In this document: piece by piece, positions 40,381 to 53,766 of the stretch | Numbering within the stretch: position 1 is the stretch's first letter | Layout: the number at the start of each line of letters is the position of its first letter | Assembly: GCA_030264375.1 (NCBI GenBank) | Contig: JASCQW010000128.1 | Location: 16,453,395 to 16,510,750, forward strand | Length of the DNA: 57,356 nt | Direction of reading: 5' to 3' | From: Carcharhinus longimanus | Taxonomy: Eukaryota | Translations under genes and position numbers: made by a program | The notes under the pieces: model-generated | The model's database searches: none | What the model saw: the letters and a program-made list of their open reading frames with translations, nothing else | Told to the model about the DNA's origin: nothing

Positions 40381-41039
40381 TGCTTACTTCCTGTGCAGTA
40401 AGAACTTGATTTTAAAATTCTCATGCTTAGCTAACGAAAATCTTTTAGTCTCAGATTTAAAGTTAACAATTGATCCAGCATCAATTGCCATTTGTAATGA
40501 AGAGTTCCAAATTTTGCAACCCTTTGCATGACGAAACGTTTCCTAATTTCATTCCTGAAAGGTCTGGCTGTATATATACTCCGTCCCCTGGTCTTGTACC
40601 AATCAGCAGAAATCTTTCTCGCTTATCTGTATCCCTTAATGTCTTGAAATTTTTGATCAAACTAACCCTTTACCTTCTAAATTCCAAGAAATACAACTCC
40701 AATTTGTGAATTATCTCCTTGAAATTTAACTGAGTCCAGATCTTATTCCAGTAAACCCATGTTGAGCCCCATCCAAGGTCAATGTATCATTCCTAAGGTG
40801 TGATGTCTTGAATTGCTCACAATACCCCAGATGTGGTTCAAATAGCACTGGAGTATGACTTCTGTCCTCTATATTCTAGGAATCGCCCATGTAAAGGCCA
40901 GCATTCTATTAGCATTTTTGACACTTTCTGTACCTGTTCATGGCACTTAGCCCCAAGTTTCTTTGGGCTTCCACAGTTTCTAGTCTTTTACCATTTGGAA
41001 AATGCCAAATTCTGTTCCTTTTAGACAGGAAGTGGATTA

Positions 41040-41780
41040 TTTTACATTTNNNNNNNNNNTATTGAAAGTCTTCAGTAGTTTTGCCCATTCGCTTATCAAT
41101 ATCACCTTGTCATCTTGCAATATCTCTTTGTAAATTTTTGCTTCCATTTACATTATTTACAATACTGTCTGTCCTTTTGTCGTCATCAAATTTGGATATC
41201 TGAATTTCTAACCATTACCATAATAAGTATGGTCAATAATTGAAGCATCAAAGCAAAGTTCCTTATGGATCACTTCTAGTCACATTCTATGGATTAGAAT
41301 ACCCGCCCATTTTCCCTGCCCTCAGTCTCCTGCTACTCAGCCATTCTCCTAACCAGGTTAATAATTTTCCCTCAATTCCATGAGCTAACAATGTCTTGTT
41401 AGGGATTGTATCAGATACCTCCTGACAATCAATACAAGTAACATCCAAAGACATTTCCATGTTCACTACTTTAGTTACCTCTTCAAAACAATTCACTCAG
41501 CTTTGTTAACCATGACCTACCCTTTAAAAATCCAAACTGGCTCTTGCAGTCTGCTGAAATTTTTCAACTTGTTCAATAACCCTAAACTTAATGACAGACT
41601 CTAGCAACTCCTAACAATATACGGTGGGCCAACTGATTCATAATTCCCCAATTTCCCTCTTTCGTTTCACCTTTCTTAAATATTGATGCATATTTTCCAA
41701 TCTAAAGAAACAGTCCCCAAAATCAAGGAAACATTGGAAGATCTTTATGAGGGCATGTGCAATCTTCTCACCTTTTCAAA
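41040..41780 (-). mobile_element. highly decayed CR1 RT fragment
   Basis: FEEVTKVV...DCQEVSDTIP...HGIEGKLLTWLGEWLSSRRLR. Confidence 0.65.
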
Positions 41781-43065
41781 CCTGGGATAGAGTCCGTTAT
41801 TTGCTTATATGAGTTGGGATGAATCCCAGTTCATTATTAGTTTCCTTGGGATGTGCAGCATGATGACTGCTTTCTCTACTGTAAATACCGATCTAATTAT
41901 TCAGCAGGTCCTCCATTTCCTTAACAATATCATGAGAATGTGGAATTGGAAACAAACATATCAACGATGATCTTATCGAATGGCAAAGCAGGCTCGAGGC
42001 GCCAAATGGCCTACTTCTGCTCCTATTTCGTATGTTCATATATATCACTTTCCAAGGGGCTCAAGTTGTTCTGAACCACTTTAATATAACAGTAAAACTT
42101 ATGTTGATCTTACTATCTGCTTTATCACCCTTTATTGCTTTGCATCTTTGCCATGAGCCAGGAGCTGGGTTTTTTCTTTTAGTTTTTATGTTGTCAATTT
42201 TGTCATTAGTCACCCATAGCTGTGTTTCTTTTAGCAAATTGTTTTTGTCCCTTTGGGATAGCGTACTAATTGGTTACTGTGGACAGTCTCAGTCTCATCG
42301 CACTGAATTCAACATTACTTAAATCTAGAACTTAGCCAAGGTCCTAAGCTCTGGGAATCCATCCCCATTTCTGTCTCTTCATCTCTGTCTCTCTCTCCCT
42401 CCATTAAGATGCTCCTTAAAATCTACCCCTTTGCTCAAGCTTTTCATCACTTGTCCCAATAGCTCATGTGGCTCCATACCAGATGTCTAATATCGCCTCT
42501 ATGAATGCTTTACTATGTTAAAGATGCTGCATAAATGTAAGTTGATGTTGAAATAAGAAAGTGCCTTGGTTTGTCATAGCAAAGGCCATTGGAACTAAAC
42601 ATGGGGCACAGATAGCATGAGGTGGAGCCAGTAATCCTCAAACCGCGAATAATTATTTAAAGGTAACACAGCTATTCAACGAAGATAACACCAGCCTTAC
42701 CCTCTCCAATCAGGAGTGGCACTACTTTAAGGGGATATAGTGCAAAGACCAAGATGCTTTGAGAAGATAGTGGTGGGCCTTCTACTTTAACCACTGCAGT
42801 CCAACAACAGTGCGTACACTTCAAAAGCCTGCTGGGATGTCCTAAGGTCCTAATAGGCACTATATAAATGCAACATCTTTTTTTCTGTAGCAGATTTGAA
42901 ACAACTGAGAGTCCAGCATCAGTGGGCAGTCAAGGATCAGCCATGTTGATGTGGGACTGGAGCCACATGCAGGCCAGACCATGTAAAGGCAGCAGATTTC
43001 CATCTGCAAAGAACACCAGTGAATACCTGAGCTTTTACCACCATGCAATAGCTTCATAGATGTAA

Positions 43066-43330
43066 GATAAAAGTAAATTACCGTGGATGCTGGAGGCTGA
43101 ACCCAAAAGAGGTTTCCCATGTGGGCTGCCATGCCTGTGTCTGTCCTTGGCTCGCTGCAATGTTCCAGTAAAGTTCAACACAAACTGGAGAAACAAATCT
43201 CACCTTCCGGCTAGGCACGTTACAGCCTTCCGGTCTCAATATCAAATTCAACACTTCAGATGATTTGCTCTGTCCCACTTCGACTCCCGTTTTCATTTCA
43301 TCTTTAACTTTTTTCTACCTTTTATTTTTC
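43066..43330 (+). mobile_element. Penelope-like element remnant (GIY-YIG endonuclease C-terminus with adjacent inverted pLTR piece)
   Basis: VSVLGSLQCSSKVQHKLEKQ/LTFRLGTLQPSGLNIKFN with one frameshift, matching the typical PLE ORF end ...L.TL.P.GLN. Confidence 0.65.
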
Positions 43331-46300
43331 TTTCCCCCATTCTTTCCCCAGCTGACAGTTTCTCTCTTTCTTCCCCCTTTGACTCGTGTTTCTTATTGCT
43401 GTTGATTCAACTGATTGCCATAAGGTGAAGCTCAGATCTAGAGGAGCACGACTTTGGGTGATTTTCTGCTGCTCCCCACTGACAGTATTTGAAGTGAAGG
43501 CAGTGGGATTGGGAGGGGACACTTCACTTCATATATGCATGGCTCTCCCAGTGATTGACAAAGTCTCTAGTGAGAGGTTTGTGTGTCAGGGAAATCTCTC
43601 ACCTCTCTGGAGATGTTTCAACAAGTGATAGCCTCAGAATCTGGCCAAGGGCACTGTCAACTAAGCTGAAACCAAGTGCTACATGGAAGGACTCCAATAA
43701 ATTGAGGATTAAATGGCTTTATATGTAGAATAATGAATCAGAGGGTTCAAGGAGTTTATGTGTAGAATAATGGATAACTGGGCTACAATCTATACAGAGC
43801 AGTGAAGCTGTAAGTATAGTTGGTGCATTCTTCACAGGAATCCTTGAACTTTAATTATTCCGGTATCTTTAATCTATGGAATTCTCTACAGAAAAGTGAC
43901 TACCACTGCAAGCCATTGCTGCATCTTTCGTCACGATTACAGCCTTGCAATCTGTTGTGGTTATTTTGTTCAAGTATAAAATTTCAAAACAGAAACAGGC
44001 CATTCAGCCCAACTGATCTATGTTGGTGCTTATGCTTATTTCATAAGCCTCCTCTCACACTCCATCATCTCGTCCTATCAACCTATCCTTCCTTTCTCCA
44101 TCATCCATCTATTGAGCATTCCCTTAAAGGGATTTCCCTTTTTATTGTGGGTTGGAAATCTTTCTTGCTAGATGGTATATTAGCACAGTTGATTTAAATG
44201 CTGAAGCATTAACTTACTGTAGTGCGGGAGTCACTGAAAGTTCACCCAGTCACCATCACTCAACCCACCCTCCTTAAACAGCCACAGGGTGTCACACTTG
44301 AGTGAATCGTGCGAGTCAGAGCAACCACGTCAAACCCACAGGCTCTGATCTAAAAACAGAACAGCTGACATTTCCCTTTCACTGAGGCCACTCTTCTATT
44401 ATAGAACAGATCACGCTACAAACCTACACACAGTTTCTGTTCCATTAATAGGATGAGAACTGGTTTGTAGCTGCCTCCACACCTTCTAGATTGATCTTTA
44501 GATTTACACACAAGGTGGCCATCTTTATTTTCCATTTTGGCATGTCTAATTTCCAAGCATCTCCACCTTCCCCACCCCAGCCCAGCCCAAAACACCCAAA
44601 GTGTCACCTGTAGTTCAATGGGTGGCTGTTTCGTTTGAGTCATAAGATTGTGGTTTGGGACCCAACTCCAGAGTCCTGAGCACGCAATCTAGGCTTGCAT
44701 AGTCAGAGGCATGGTTTTTTTCAATTTCTATTTGCAGCCGGCTTGTTGCACTACATGGTCCCTTTAAGATTGGCATGTGCAGATGTCTTGAAAAGAACAT
44801 TTTGTGTGTGGCCTGTTGGTTCCCTATAAGGCATATTCCCAATTGCTGTACACCTGATTACTAGTGCAGCTTAGAGGGAACAATGGTCAGAGATGCTGTC
44901 TTTCATGATCCATGTATTTTGGGAAAAACCTGTATTTCTTTGGCACAATATCCCCTTTAAGATCAAAGTGAACTGGGGAATATTCGGAAAGAGGAGTAAT
45001 TGGCTTCCTGGTTATGACATCATTAGGCTCCAAGAAATGCAGACGTGATCTTAGGTTGCTATGGGGATGCACGCAGAAGCAAAAAATAAATAGAAAGCAA
45101 ATAGCATTGGGGTCTAGTTCCAGTCTGTCTTGCGACAGTTTGGATACAAAATTCCAGCTAGAGGCTAAGCTCTCCATAAATTGACTAGTTTTGCGTTTGG
45201 CAGTAAGAGGAAAATATACCTCCAGACACTATTGGTGAGGCAGTGACTGAGCTAACTGACTGATTATAATCACAGAATAGCTCCGGGTAAGTGTTGGTTG
45301 GTTGGTCAGTTAAAAGGGAACTCTGGAAAGCTACACCATTCGGACTGTTTTGACCCGAGGAGGAAAGTACTATGTGTCTTTTTGGTGTTAACCATGTCAG
45401 GGGATGTGGGATGGAATTTGACTACCAGTGAATGTGACTCAAAGGCCAAAACAATCAAGCGGAAAATGAGAGATCCTACATAAAGAAGACCACGTTGGAA
45501 AGAGTTTACCTGTTTGTGAGGGTAATAATGTCAGTGCTCGTAACCATGAGGCATATCTTTGTTGTCTTGACTATTTAAAGCAAGAAAAGGTCAATTTTGC
45601 TTTAATATCCTTTGCCTGTCACTTAATGGCTCTACGGGGATCATAACAGATGAGATGTTAAGCTCCATCTGCCCTTGCAAGTAGATGTAAAAGCTCTCTG
45701 ACAGTAATTCGAAGAACAGCATGCAAGTTCTCCTCAGTGTCCTGACCCAATATTTATTCCTCAACCAACATAGCTCCAATTGCTGTTAGTGAGAACTTAC
45801 TGTACACAAATTTGCTGCTGGAATTTCTACATTCCTGCTACTTTGGAACATAGTCCCATGTAATTGTTAAACAACTAGCTTTGTTTTATAACACTCTTGT
45901 GAAGCGCTGTGGGGCATTTTGTTACGTTAAAGTCACCAGAAAAATATACGTTGCTGTTGTTGGGACATTCAGATTTCACAAAAAGCTCAAGAAAGATGCA
46001 AGTTGCAGATGGGATATGTTTGCCTTGATCATAACCCAAACCTGTCCAGTAGCAGAGGATAATCATCACAAACCTCCCCCCCTCCCATCCGGAGTGATAG
46101 TGGACACCAAATTAGTCTGAGACAGAATGACGCACGCACCCACACAATACTTCCTGAGACTTGGGGTTTTAAATGACCACTTTGGTATGCTGATAGACTA
46201 AAATCAACACCCAACAGTTCCTGCTCATCTTATATTTTTGGGGTGAGGAAGTGGTGAAATAAAGATTAAATTTTTACATATCCACTCTGAATTTACAGAT

Positions 46301-47406
46301 TGTTTGCAATTCACTCAGATTGAGGAAACTGAAAGGCTTCAGTTGGAATTCATTCCTTTACAAATTTAGTTTGAAAGGGCAAGTCTCTGTTGTCAATGAA
46401 AATGGCCAAATCATCAACTCCGCTATATACTAAATAATGGCTGATTTTTCCAAATGTCTCTTCCTCCAATATCACAGGACGTATTAAAGCTGTTAGCCAG
46501 CACAGAGTCAAGCCTATTCAGGAAAAGCCTTCCATCTCTCATTGTCTTGGCTCCATCCTGGTAACAACATTCTTAGGCCACACTCAGACTAGTTAAACCG
46601 TCTACTAAACTATCTGCACGCAACGTTGGAAAGGATTGTACACACTCATACTGAAGGAGACATTCAAAGCTAAATAAAAAAATATATCTTTTGTACAGCT
46701 TGCAAGGGACATAGTATTTGACAATTGTACACGCTGCTCTAATCGGACATATTCTGTTAAGACAGTAACAGGACAGAAACCATAGAAATTCAATACTCAA
46801 CAAGGTTTTAAAAAAATATGTCCTTAGTCTTTGTTGCATGTGGATTACCTTGCAGAACATCTTAACAGGACTGAATGGTAACTTGAACAGTTGGCAAGAC
46901 CATGAGAATCAGCCATAATAAGTTACAGCATCATGACAGAGATGAGCCTATCCACTGTACTTCCAGACTCTTAACAATGCACCCATTCCAGATATGGAGA
47001 TCTTTCGCTTTAGTCCACTGGCAAGTTAACTCTGAAGAGGTGCTTCTCACGCACTGGGATTCTGTGGATCTTCAAATCAGCTCTGGCCTTGGGATATTTT
47101 GTTACCCATCACATGAGTTTTATTTTCATTGCAGACAGCAGTCTTTGCAAAACTGATAGCTTCAGCTTGCAATCTCAGTTTCAAGATGTTCAGGGGAGGC
47201 TGTTATTGAACAGAGAATATCTGGCTGATGGATACAATCTCGAGGAGGTATGCCGATTTACAGTGTTGCTTCCTTATGTAGGAACACAGGGAGCACGTCA
47301 TTCAGCATCTTGCCCTGTTTTGCCATTCAGTTACCCATTAGTACCCTTACCCAACCCTTCAACCGACAGTTCCCATGCAAGATGAGGGATGGGAACTGAA
47401 AAGGGT

Positions 47407-47796
47407 CTAAGAGTCAGATGACTTGACAATGGTAATGACGCTGGTGGCTGGCAGGGTGGGGCCCTTGGTCATGGTGCGGGCATATTTCTGGAGAGCCTCA
47501 TACTTGGAGCGCAGACAGTCCAGTTCCAACCTCATGTTGGCATTCTCTCTGGTCAGCTTTGCCACCTCCTGTTGGAGGTTGCTCCACTGTCGCTGCAGCT
47601 CCTCCTTTTGTGTCACACGCTTGACCCGGCAGCTGGCTGCATAACCACGGTTCTTCAGTGTTCGCCTACGCTGCTTCAGCTGAACAATCTCCTCCTTGCT
47701 CAGGCCTCGCAGGTGTTGGTTCAGCTCTCGGACTGTCATAGAGACCAACTCCTGGTCAGTGAGGCTCAGGGCATTTTCACTGACTTCCTTCTTGAC
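47407..47796 (-). CDS. small Maf main exon (extended homology region, basic region, leucine zipper)
   Basis: acag|GTC AAG AAG GAA...TCT TAG; contains NRGYAASCR and the VKKE SUMO-type motif. Confidence 0.95.
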   Translation of the reverse strand, partial: VKKEVSENALSLTDQELVSMTVRELNQHLRGLSKEEIVQLKQRRRTLKNRGYAASCRVKRVTQKEELQRQWSNLQQEVAKLTRENANMRLELDCLRSKYEALQKYARTMTKGPTLPATSVITIVKSSDS

Positions 47797-48863
47797 CTGT
47801 GACCAGAAAATACTTTCAAGTTATTGTCTTTCTTTGCCTTGGCCTCTCTGCCTACTTCACACACAAGCATGCACACCGTGTTTGTCTACAAGACCCAACA
47901 CTGTATCTTTTAAAGAAGCTCAATTTCATTCAGGATAATGGAGTCTGCTGAATTGGTACTTTAAACATCCCTATGAACATCACCGGCACACCATGACTGC
48001 AGAGCATAAACCACAAGACACGCTGCAGCAACTCACTAAGGCACCTTCAACAGAATCTCCTAAACCTGTGACCTTTACCACCTGGAGGGACAAGGGCAAT
48101 GGAGTGTGTGGGAACACCCACTATTTGCAAGGTCCTCTCCAATCACAAACTATTGTGACCTGGAATTATATCGGCCATTCCTTCAAGATCAAAATGCTGA
48201 AATTCCCTCACTAACAGCACCGAGGAAGCACCTTCATCAATCTGCAGCGGTTGAAGAAGAGGACCCACCATCACCTTCTCAAGGACAGCTAGGGATGGAC
48301 AATAAATGCTGGCCTTGGTGGGGATGAAACATAGTGATGGGCTTGTTTCAGAAATTGCTGCATCCACGTGGAGCTCCTAGATAGGGAATTCCACAACTTT
48401 GACCCACTGATGAGTGTCCAATTAACAACTGGAGAGGAACCTGGCAGTTGGTGATGTTCCCATGTGTTTGTGGCCTTGTTCTTCAAGGTGGTGGAAGAAG
48501 CAGGTTTGGAAGGTGCTGTTGGAAAAGGCTGAGAGAGTTGCTGTAGGCCATTGTGGAGAAAGTCAATGATACACACTGCTGCCAAGAGGGATGGTATCCT
48601 CCCCTCAGCAATGAGGGGAATGTTGAAAATTCATTTTATACATTCCTGCTTAGACAGATTATTTCAAAATAAGATAAACAAAGAAAGTAGGCAAAAACAT
48701 TTCTTTACAAATTGTTAAAAATGTTCATGTTACTGCTCTCCTAGACAATGTCTTGAGAAGTAACACAAACGATTGGGGTAAGTCATTAAAGAGCAGCAAA
48801 TGAGACAAAGCTAGAAAGAATCCTCACCTTTGTTGTTTTGCTTCCTTTGGGATTAGCCGTCAT
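47407..48863 (-). CDS. small Maf bZIP transcription factor (MAFG/MAFK-like), 2 coding exons, 141 aa
   Basis: [12 protein letters not shown]|[67 protein letters not shown]...TSVITIVKS; 36-nt first coding exon and phase-0 intron as in MAFG/MAFK. Confidence 0.95.
48828..48863 (-). CDS. small Maf first coding exon (exon probably starts at 48903)
   Basis: ATG ACG GCT AAT CCC AAA GGA AGC AAA ACA ACA AAG|gtgagg; upstream acceptor tttgttgtgtttgcag. Confidence 0.88.
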
Positions 48864-49361
48864 TACCCCAGCGACATTGGAGAGCACAGAGACAGAAAAT
48901 ACACTGCAAACACAACAAAGTACAAACCAGAAACTATTATTTAAATACTTTATCAATGAAACAAAATTAGATTCTTCCTGTCAATCAGCGAAACATAGCA
49001 ATAAATGTTTAATTGCCGAGATAGCCCATACAGTAGAACCATCTCCATATCAAACTTACTCAGTTTCAGTAGCAAAATTCAGGACTTTCTTTTAACAAAC
49101 AGCTAAGTGTTCCCAATGCAAGAGATTGCACAGGATTCCCTATCACATACATACAGCAGGAAAACTCCCAGCTTTTGAAGTAACTGATCACAGCTGGGTC
49201 ATCAGTTCTTCGATTGGTATTGACACCTTGGGCCAGAGCACCGCTCAGGACTAAGTAGCTCACCTGATTAGCACCCATTAACTAGCTTAAATATTCACTT
49301 CTTCCCTCTGGTACCAGCTACAAGATGCATGACAACTCATAATGCTTCTAGTCCCAAACCT

Positions 49362-49600
49362 GGGGCGGCACCATGGTTAGCATTGCTGCCTCACAGCGCC
49401 AGGGACCTGGGTTCGGTTCCCAGCTTGGGTCACTGTTTGTGTGGAATCTATATGTTCTCCCCGTGTCTGCGTGGGTTTCCTCTGGGTGCTCTGGTTTCCT
49501 CCCACAGTCCAAAGATGTGCAGGTTAGGTACATTGGCCATGCTAAATTCTCCCTCAGTAAATGTAAGCCTATTTGTGATACTAATAAATAAGCTTTACTT
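49362..49600 (+). mobile_element. V-SINE/HE1-like SINE
   Basis: GGGCGGCACCATGGTTAGC...GGGTTCGGTTCCC...CCCACAGTCCAAAGATGTGCAGG. Confidence 0.8.
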
Positions 49601-52600
49601 TACTCCGCCACTGAGAAGGATAAGAGCAGCAGGGACATGGAAATACCATTTCTTCCAAGTCATCCTTACTTGGACATTTGTTCCTTCATTGCCATTGGGT
49701 TCAAAACCTGCCATTCCCTGCCCGAGAGCGTCACCACAAGGACTTCAGTGGCTCAAGAAAAAGGCTCTTGACCACCTTGGGTCAAGATGACCAAAGGGAT
49801 TGTCAGTAAAGTACAATTCCCATAAATGAGTGATTTTGAAATTGTGTGTTCATGCTGTTGAAGCTTGGCATTGTATCTGGCTGCTGGGTGAGGAGAGGAT
49901 AGGTGCTGGTTGGACAGTTAGCTCTTGTGTATCTTTTGGTGGGGGAGTGGGAAAAAAGGAAACAGTGCCCACCCTAACAGGAACATCCTTCCACCTCCCC
50001 ACTGCAGTCCTTTTTAGTTGTAAGAAAGGACCTGCGTTTATATTGTGCCTTTCACGATCTCAAGGCATCCCAAAGTGCTTTACTGTAGCAATGTAGGAAA
50101 AATGGCAGTGAGCTCCCACAAACAGAAATGTAATAATGATCAGATCATCTACTTCAGTTGTGTGCATTGAAGAGTAAATAGCACCCAGAACATCAAGGAG
50201 AACTTCTCTGCCCTTTTTGAAATATTGTCATGGGATCTTTTACATCACTTGAGAAGACAGATGTGACCCAAGTTTAACATCTCATCCAAGAGACCTCAGA
50301 GTGCAGCAGTCCTTCAGTATTGCACTGAGAATGTCAACCTAGATTTTGTCTGCCGAGTTTCCAGAAGAGGACGGAACAGCCCTTAACTGTTTACCTTTCC
50401 CTCTTCCTTGGGTGAAGTGTATGTGTCTCACAGTACAGATCCTGGAGGTACAGACCCACCCAGATCCAATCACTCCCAAACAAGTCCCGGCACTCCCACC
50501 CGAGATGTGGCACCCCAATGCTCCCTTTTGGGGACTGCCCCAGTTGATGCTGGATTAACCCACACCGCCATGTATATCCCTGACCAGCTTCACAACCAAA
50601 AGTGGGAAAGTTTTGTCTCTGCCATATAGAAACTGAGGAGCATAAAAACTTACACCTGTCCCCCCAAAATATATCACAATTACCAAAAAGCATTGCATGA
50701 GAACTAGCACCTACCTGCTGGCTGTGGGAAACAGTGACAGGGGTGAGTTTTTGCTCTATTTTGTTGTCATAAACTGCTCAAATTCAAACCATGAAAATCT
50801 TGTCTGGGAAACAGTTAGATTTTTAAAGATCAGTAAAGCCAGAACAGAGAGAAATTTAGAAAGAGGCCCCCCTCCCCCAGCACACCCCCACACTTCCCAA
50901 GAAAAAAAGAGTAGAAAAAAATGAGACTGTAAGTAAATAATAAAAGCATTTAAAATGGAGGCAGCGGGTGAGTGGGAGTGAGTGGTGGTTGATGTTATGA
51001 GTGAGACAGATTGTAACTAAGCCCCCAATTCATTTACATACAAACTTTGCATCTAACGCCCACATCCTGGAGATCGTAATTGTGTACACCCTATCAAACG
51101 TTTCCACACAGACTGTAGGTATGTCTTCCAACCTGCAGCCATGTGGGTCCTTGTTATATCTTGTGGAGAGAGGTATCACTCAGACTAAACTGTAAGCTCT
51201 CCTTCCCTGCAATCCCTAACCCACATGTACCATCACATACGGAGAATTATGCAGGCTCTGAATATATCCTGAAGCCTTGAACAATTCCGAACCAGCGTAC
51301 AATCATCGTCAAACACTTCCTCTCAGTTTCATCCCTCTGCTTTGCGGATAAAGTGCAGACAAACTGATTGGGAAGATTCAACTTTGACTCCGACTGTTTT
51401 CTAAAGTCAACAACTTGCATTCAAAAAGCACCTTTAATCAAATTTTTAAAAACTCAAGCAGCATCACAGAAGCACTATCAAATAAAACTGATAATGAACC
51501 ACACTGAAGACAAATGACCAAATATTTCCCGTGCCCAATTCTAAATCTTTAACTGAGAACTTAAATTGACTTATCAACTAGCCCTGGGGTACAGCAACTG
51601 ACCCATGACAGGTAGGATGCTGGTCTTTGAGTCAGAAGGTTGTGGATTCAAACCGCACTCCAGAGACTTCAACTCAAAATTTAGGCTGATATTTCAGGTC
51701 AGTCATAAGAGAGTGCTACACTGTCAGAGGTGCTGTTTTTCAGCTGAAATGTTAAATCAAGGTGCTGTCTGCCCCCCTCAGGTGGATGTAAAAGACCACA
51801 TTGGCTATTGTTATCATTACCACAATAATGGCACAGCTGTGCAATGCTTTGGCAGCTCCTGAGGTTGTGAATGTTGTTCTATGAATGCAAAATTTTCTTT
51901 CAGTTCCAACGATTGAAATTCCAAACACATTTTAACAGAACCAATATACTCCCAATCTGTTTGTGCTACTACATTTATTCTTTTACCAAGTGCCTAAATT
52001 TTTCAGCATCCTCTATTTTTTATTCATTGAACACGGGTGTTGCTGGCTGACCAGCATTTATTGCCCATTCCTGGTTGTCCTTGGAGGGCAGTTGAGAATC
52101 AATCACATTGTTGTGGCTCTGGAGTCACATGTGGGCCAGACCAGGTAAAGACAGCAGTTCTTCTCCCCTAAAGAGCATTAGTAAACCAGATGGGTTTTTC
52201 CAACAATTAGCAATAGTTTCACAATCATCAGTAGATTCTTAATTCCAGATTTTTTTTTATTGAATTCAGATTTCACCATCTGCAATGTCAGGATTCGAAC
52301 CCGGGTCCCCAGAACATTCATGGAATTTCTGGATTAATAGTCTAGTGATAATTCCACTTGGCCATCAGCTCTTGTGAGCTTCTTTCTGTAGATCCATGTA
52401 CACTTGCCTCTAATGTAATCCCTTTACTTGAACAACAAAAAACTTCTTCAAAAAACAAATTACTGTATTTAGTTCATCAAATACAACTTGCAAACCTAAA
52501 CTGGTCACCTAATTGTCCCTTGTCCTGCTAAGTGCTCATCTGATCTTGAATTATGGATTCTAAGTGTTTGCCCACAGCGAAGATTAGATTAACTGGTTTA

Positions 52601-53766
52601 TAGTAACCCAGATTGAGACTCCCCCCCCCCCCCAACGACCAAGAGAGAAATCATATCGGGGGGCAATTCCAAAGCGTGGGTGACCTTAAAGTCAGACATC
52701 AGCCTTTCAAGGGTGATATCAGGAAGCACTTTTTCAAAGGGAAGAAATCTGGAATTCAATCCGAAAAAGCTGTGAATGCTGGGGATCAAATGAGCATTTC
52801 AACATGAGGTTAATGGATTTTTGTAACATGGTATCAAGGATTTTAGATGAAGTTAGGATACAGATCAGAGTTGATTTAATTGAATGGCAGAACAAGTTAG
52901 AAAGACTGAATGGCCTCCTCGTTTCCACATTCCTAAGCAGCAATATTGCATTTAATTCCCCTGTCCTCATTCCTTTAATCTGCATATTTGATAAGGACTG
53001 TGATCAAAGCTAGTTTGAGTGAAGAAAATTAATTTTTATTTACATTCCTCTTTAAAAACGGTAATTTGATTCAAAGACAAAATGTAATCTATCATTATGG
53101 AAACAAATGCTCTTTTATCACAGATCTCTATAGTTAAAGGATGTTACAAAGATCCAACTGAATTCCCCAAAACATCCATAAGTAAACAAAAACCATCCTG
53201 TGCAAATCATCATTTACATAATTGCCATCTAACATCCTGGGAGTCACCAATGACCAGAATATAAATACTGGAACTACAAGAGCAGGTCAGAGGCTAGAAA
53301 TCCTGTGGCGAGTAAATCACCTCCTGAATCCCCAAAGCCAGTTCGCCACCTACAAGGCACAAGTCAAGAGTTTGCTGGAATACTCTCCACTTGCCTGGAT
53401 GAGTGCAGCTCCAACAACACGCGAAGCTCAACACCATCCAGACAAAGCAGCCTGCTGGATTGGTACATCATCCACTCTTCCACCACCAACACTCAATGGC
53501 AACAGTGTGTACCATTTACAAGATGCATGGCAGGAACTCTCCAAGGTTCCTTAGGCACCACTTTCCAAACCCATGACCACTAGTAGAAGAACAAGGTCAG
53601 AGACACATGGGAACCTCACCTGGAAGTTCCCGTCCAAGACACGGACCATCCTGACTTGGTAAATATGTCACCGAAGTGTCACTGTCGCTGGGTCACAATC
53701 CTGGAACTCCCTCCCTAACAGCACCGTGGGCATACCTACACCATACAGACTGTAATAGTTTAAGAA

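Noticed and set aside
44897-45600. Possible solo LTR (TGT start, CCCCTTTAAG)
   Set aside because: The right boundary, TSD and partner LTR could not be identified.
34550-47300. Many 60-125 aa ORFs between the GAA-like and Maf genes
   Set aside because: No recognisable domains or consistent splice chain; most overlap decayed repeats or the presumed Maf 3' UTR.
47407-47748. ORF-track 113-aa Maf starting at an internal TTG
   Set aside because: The exon starts at the acceptor at 47796 and splices to the ATG exon at 48828-48863.
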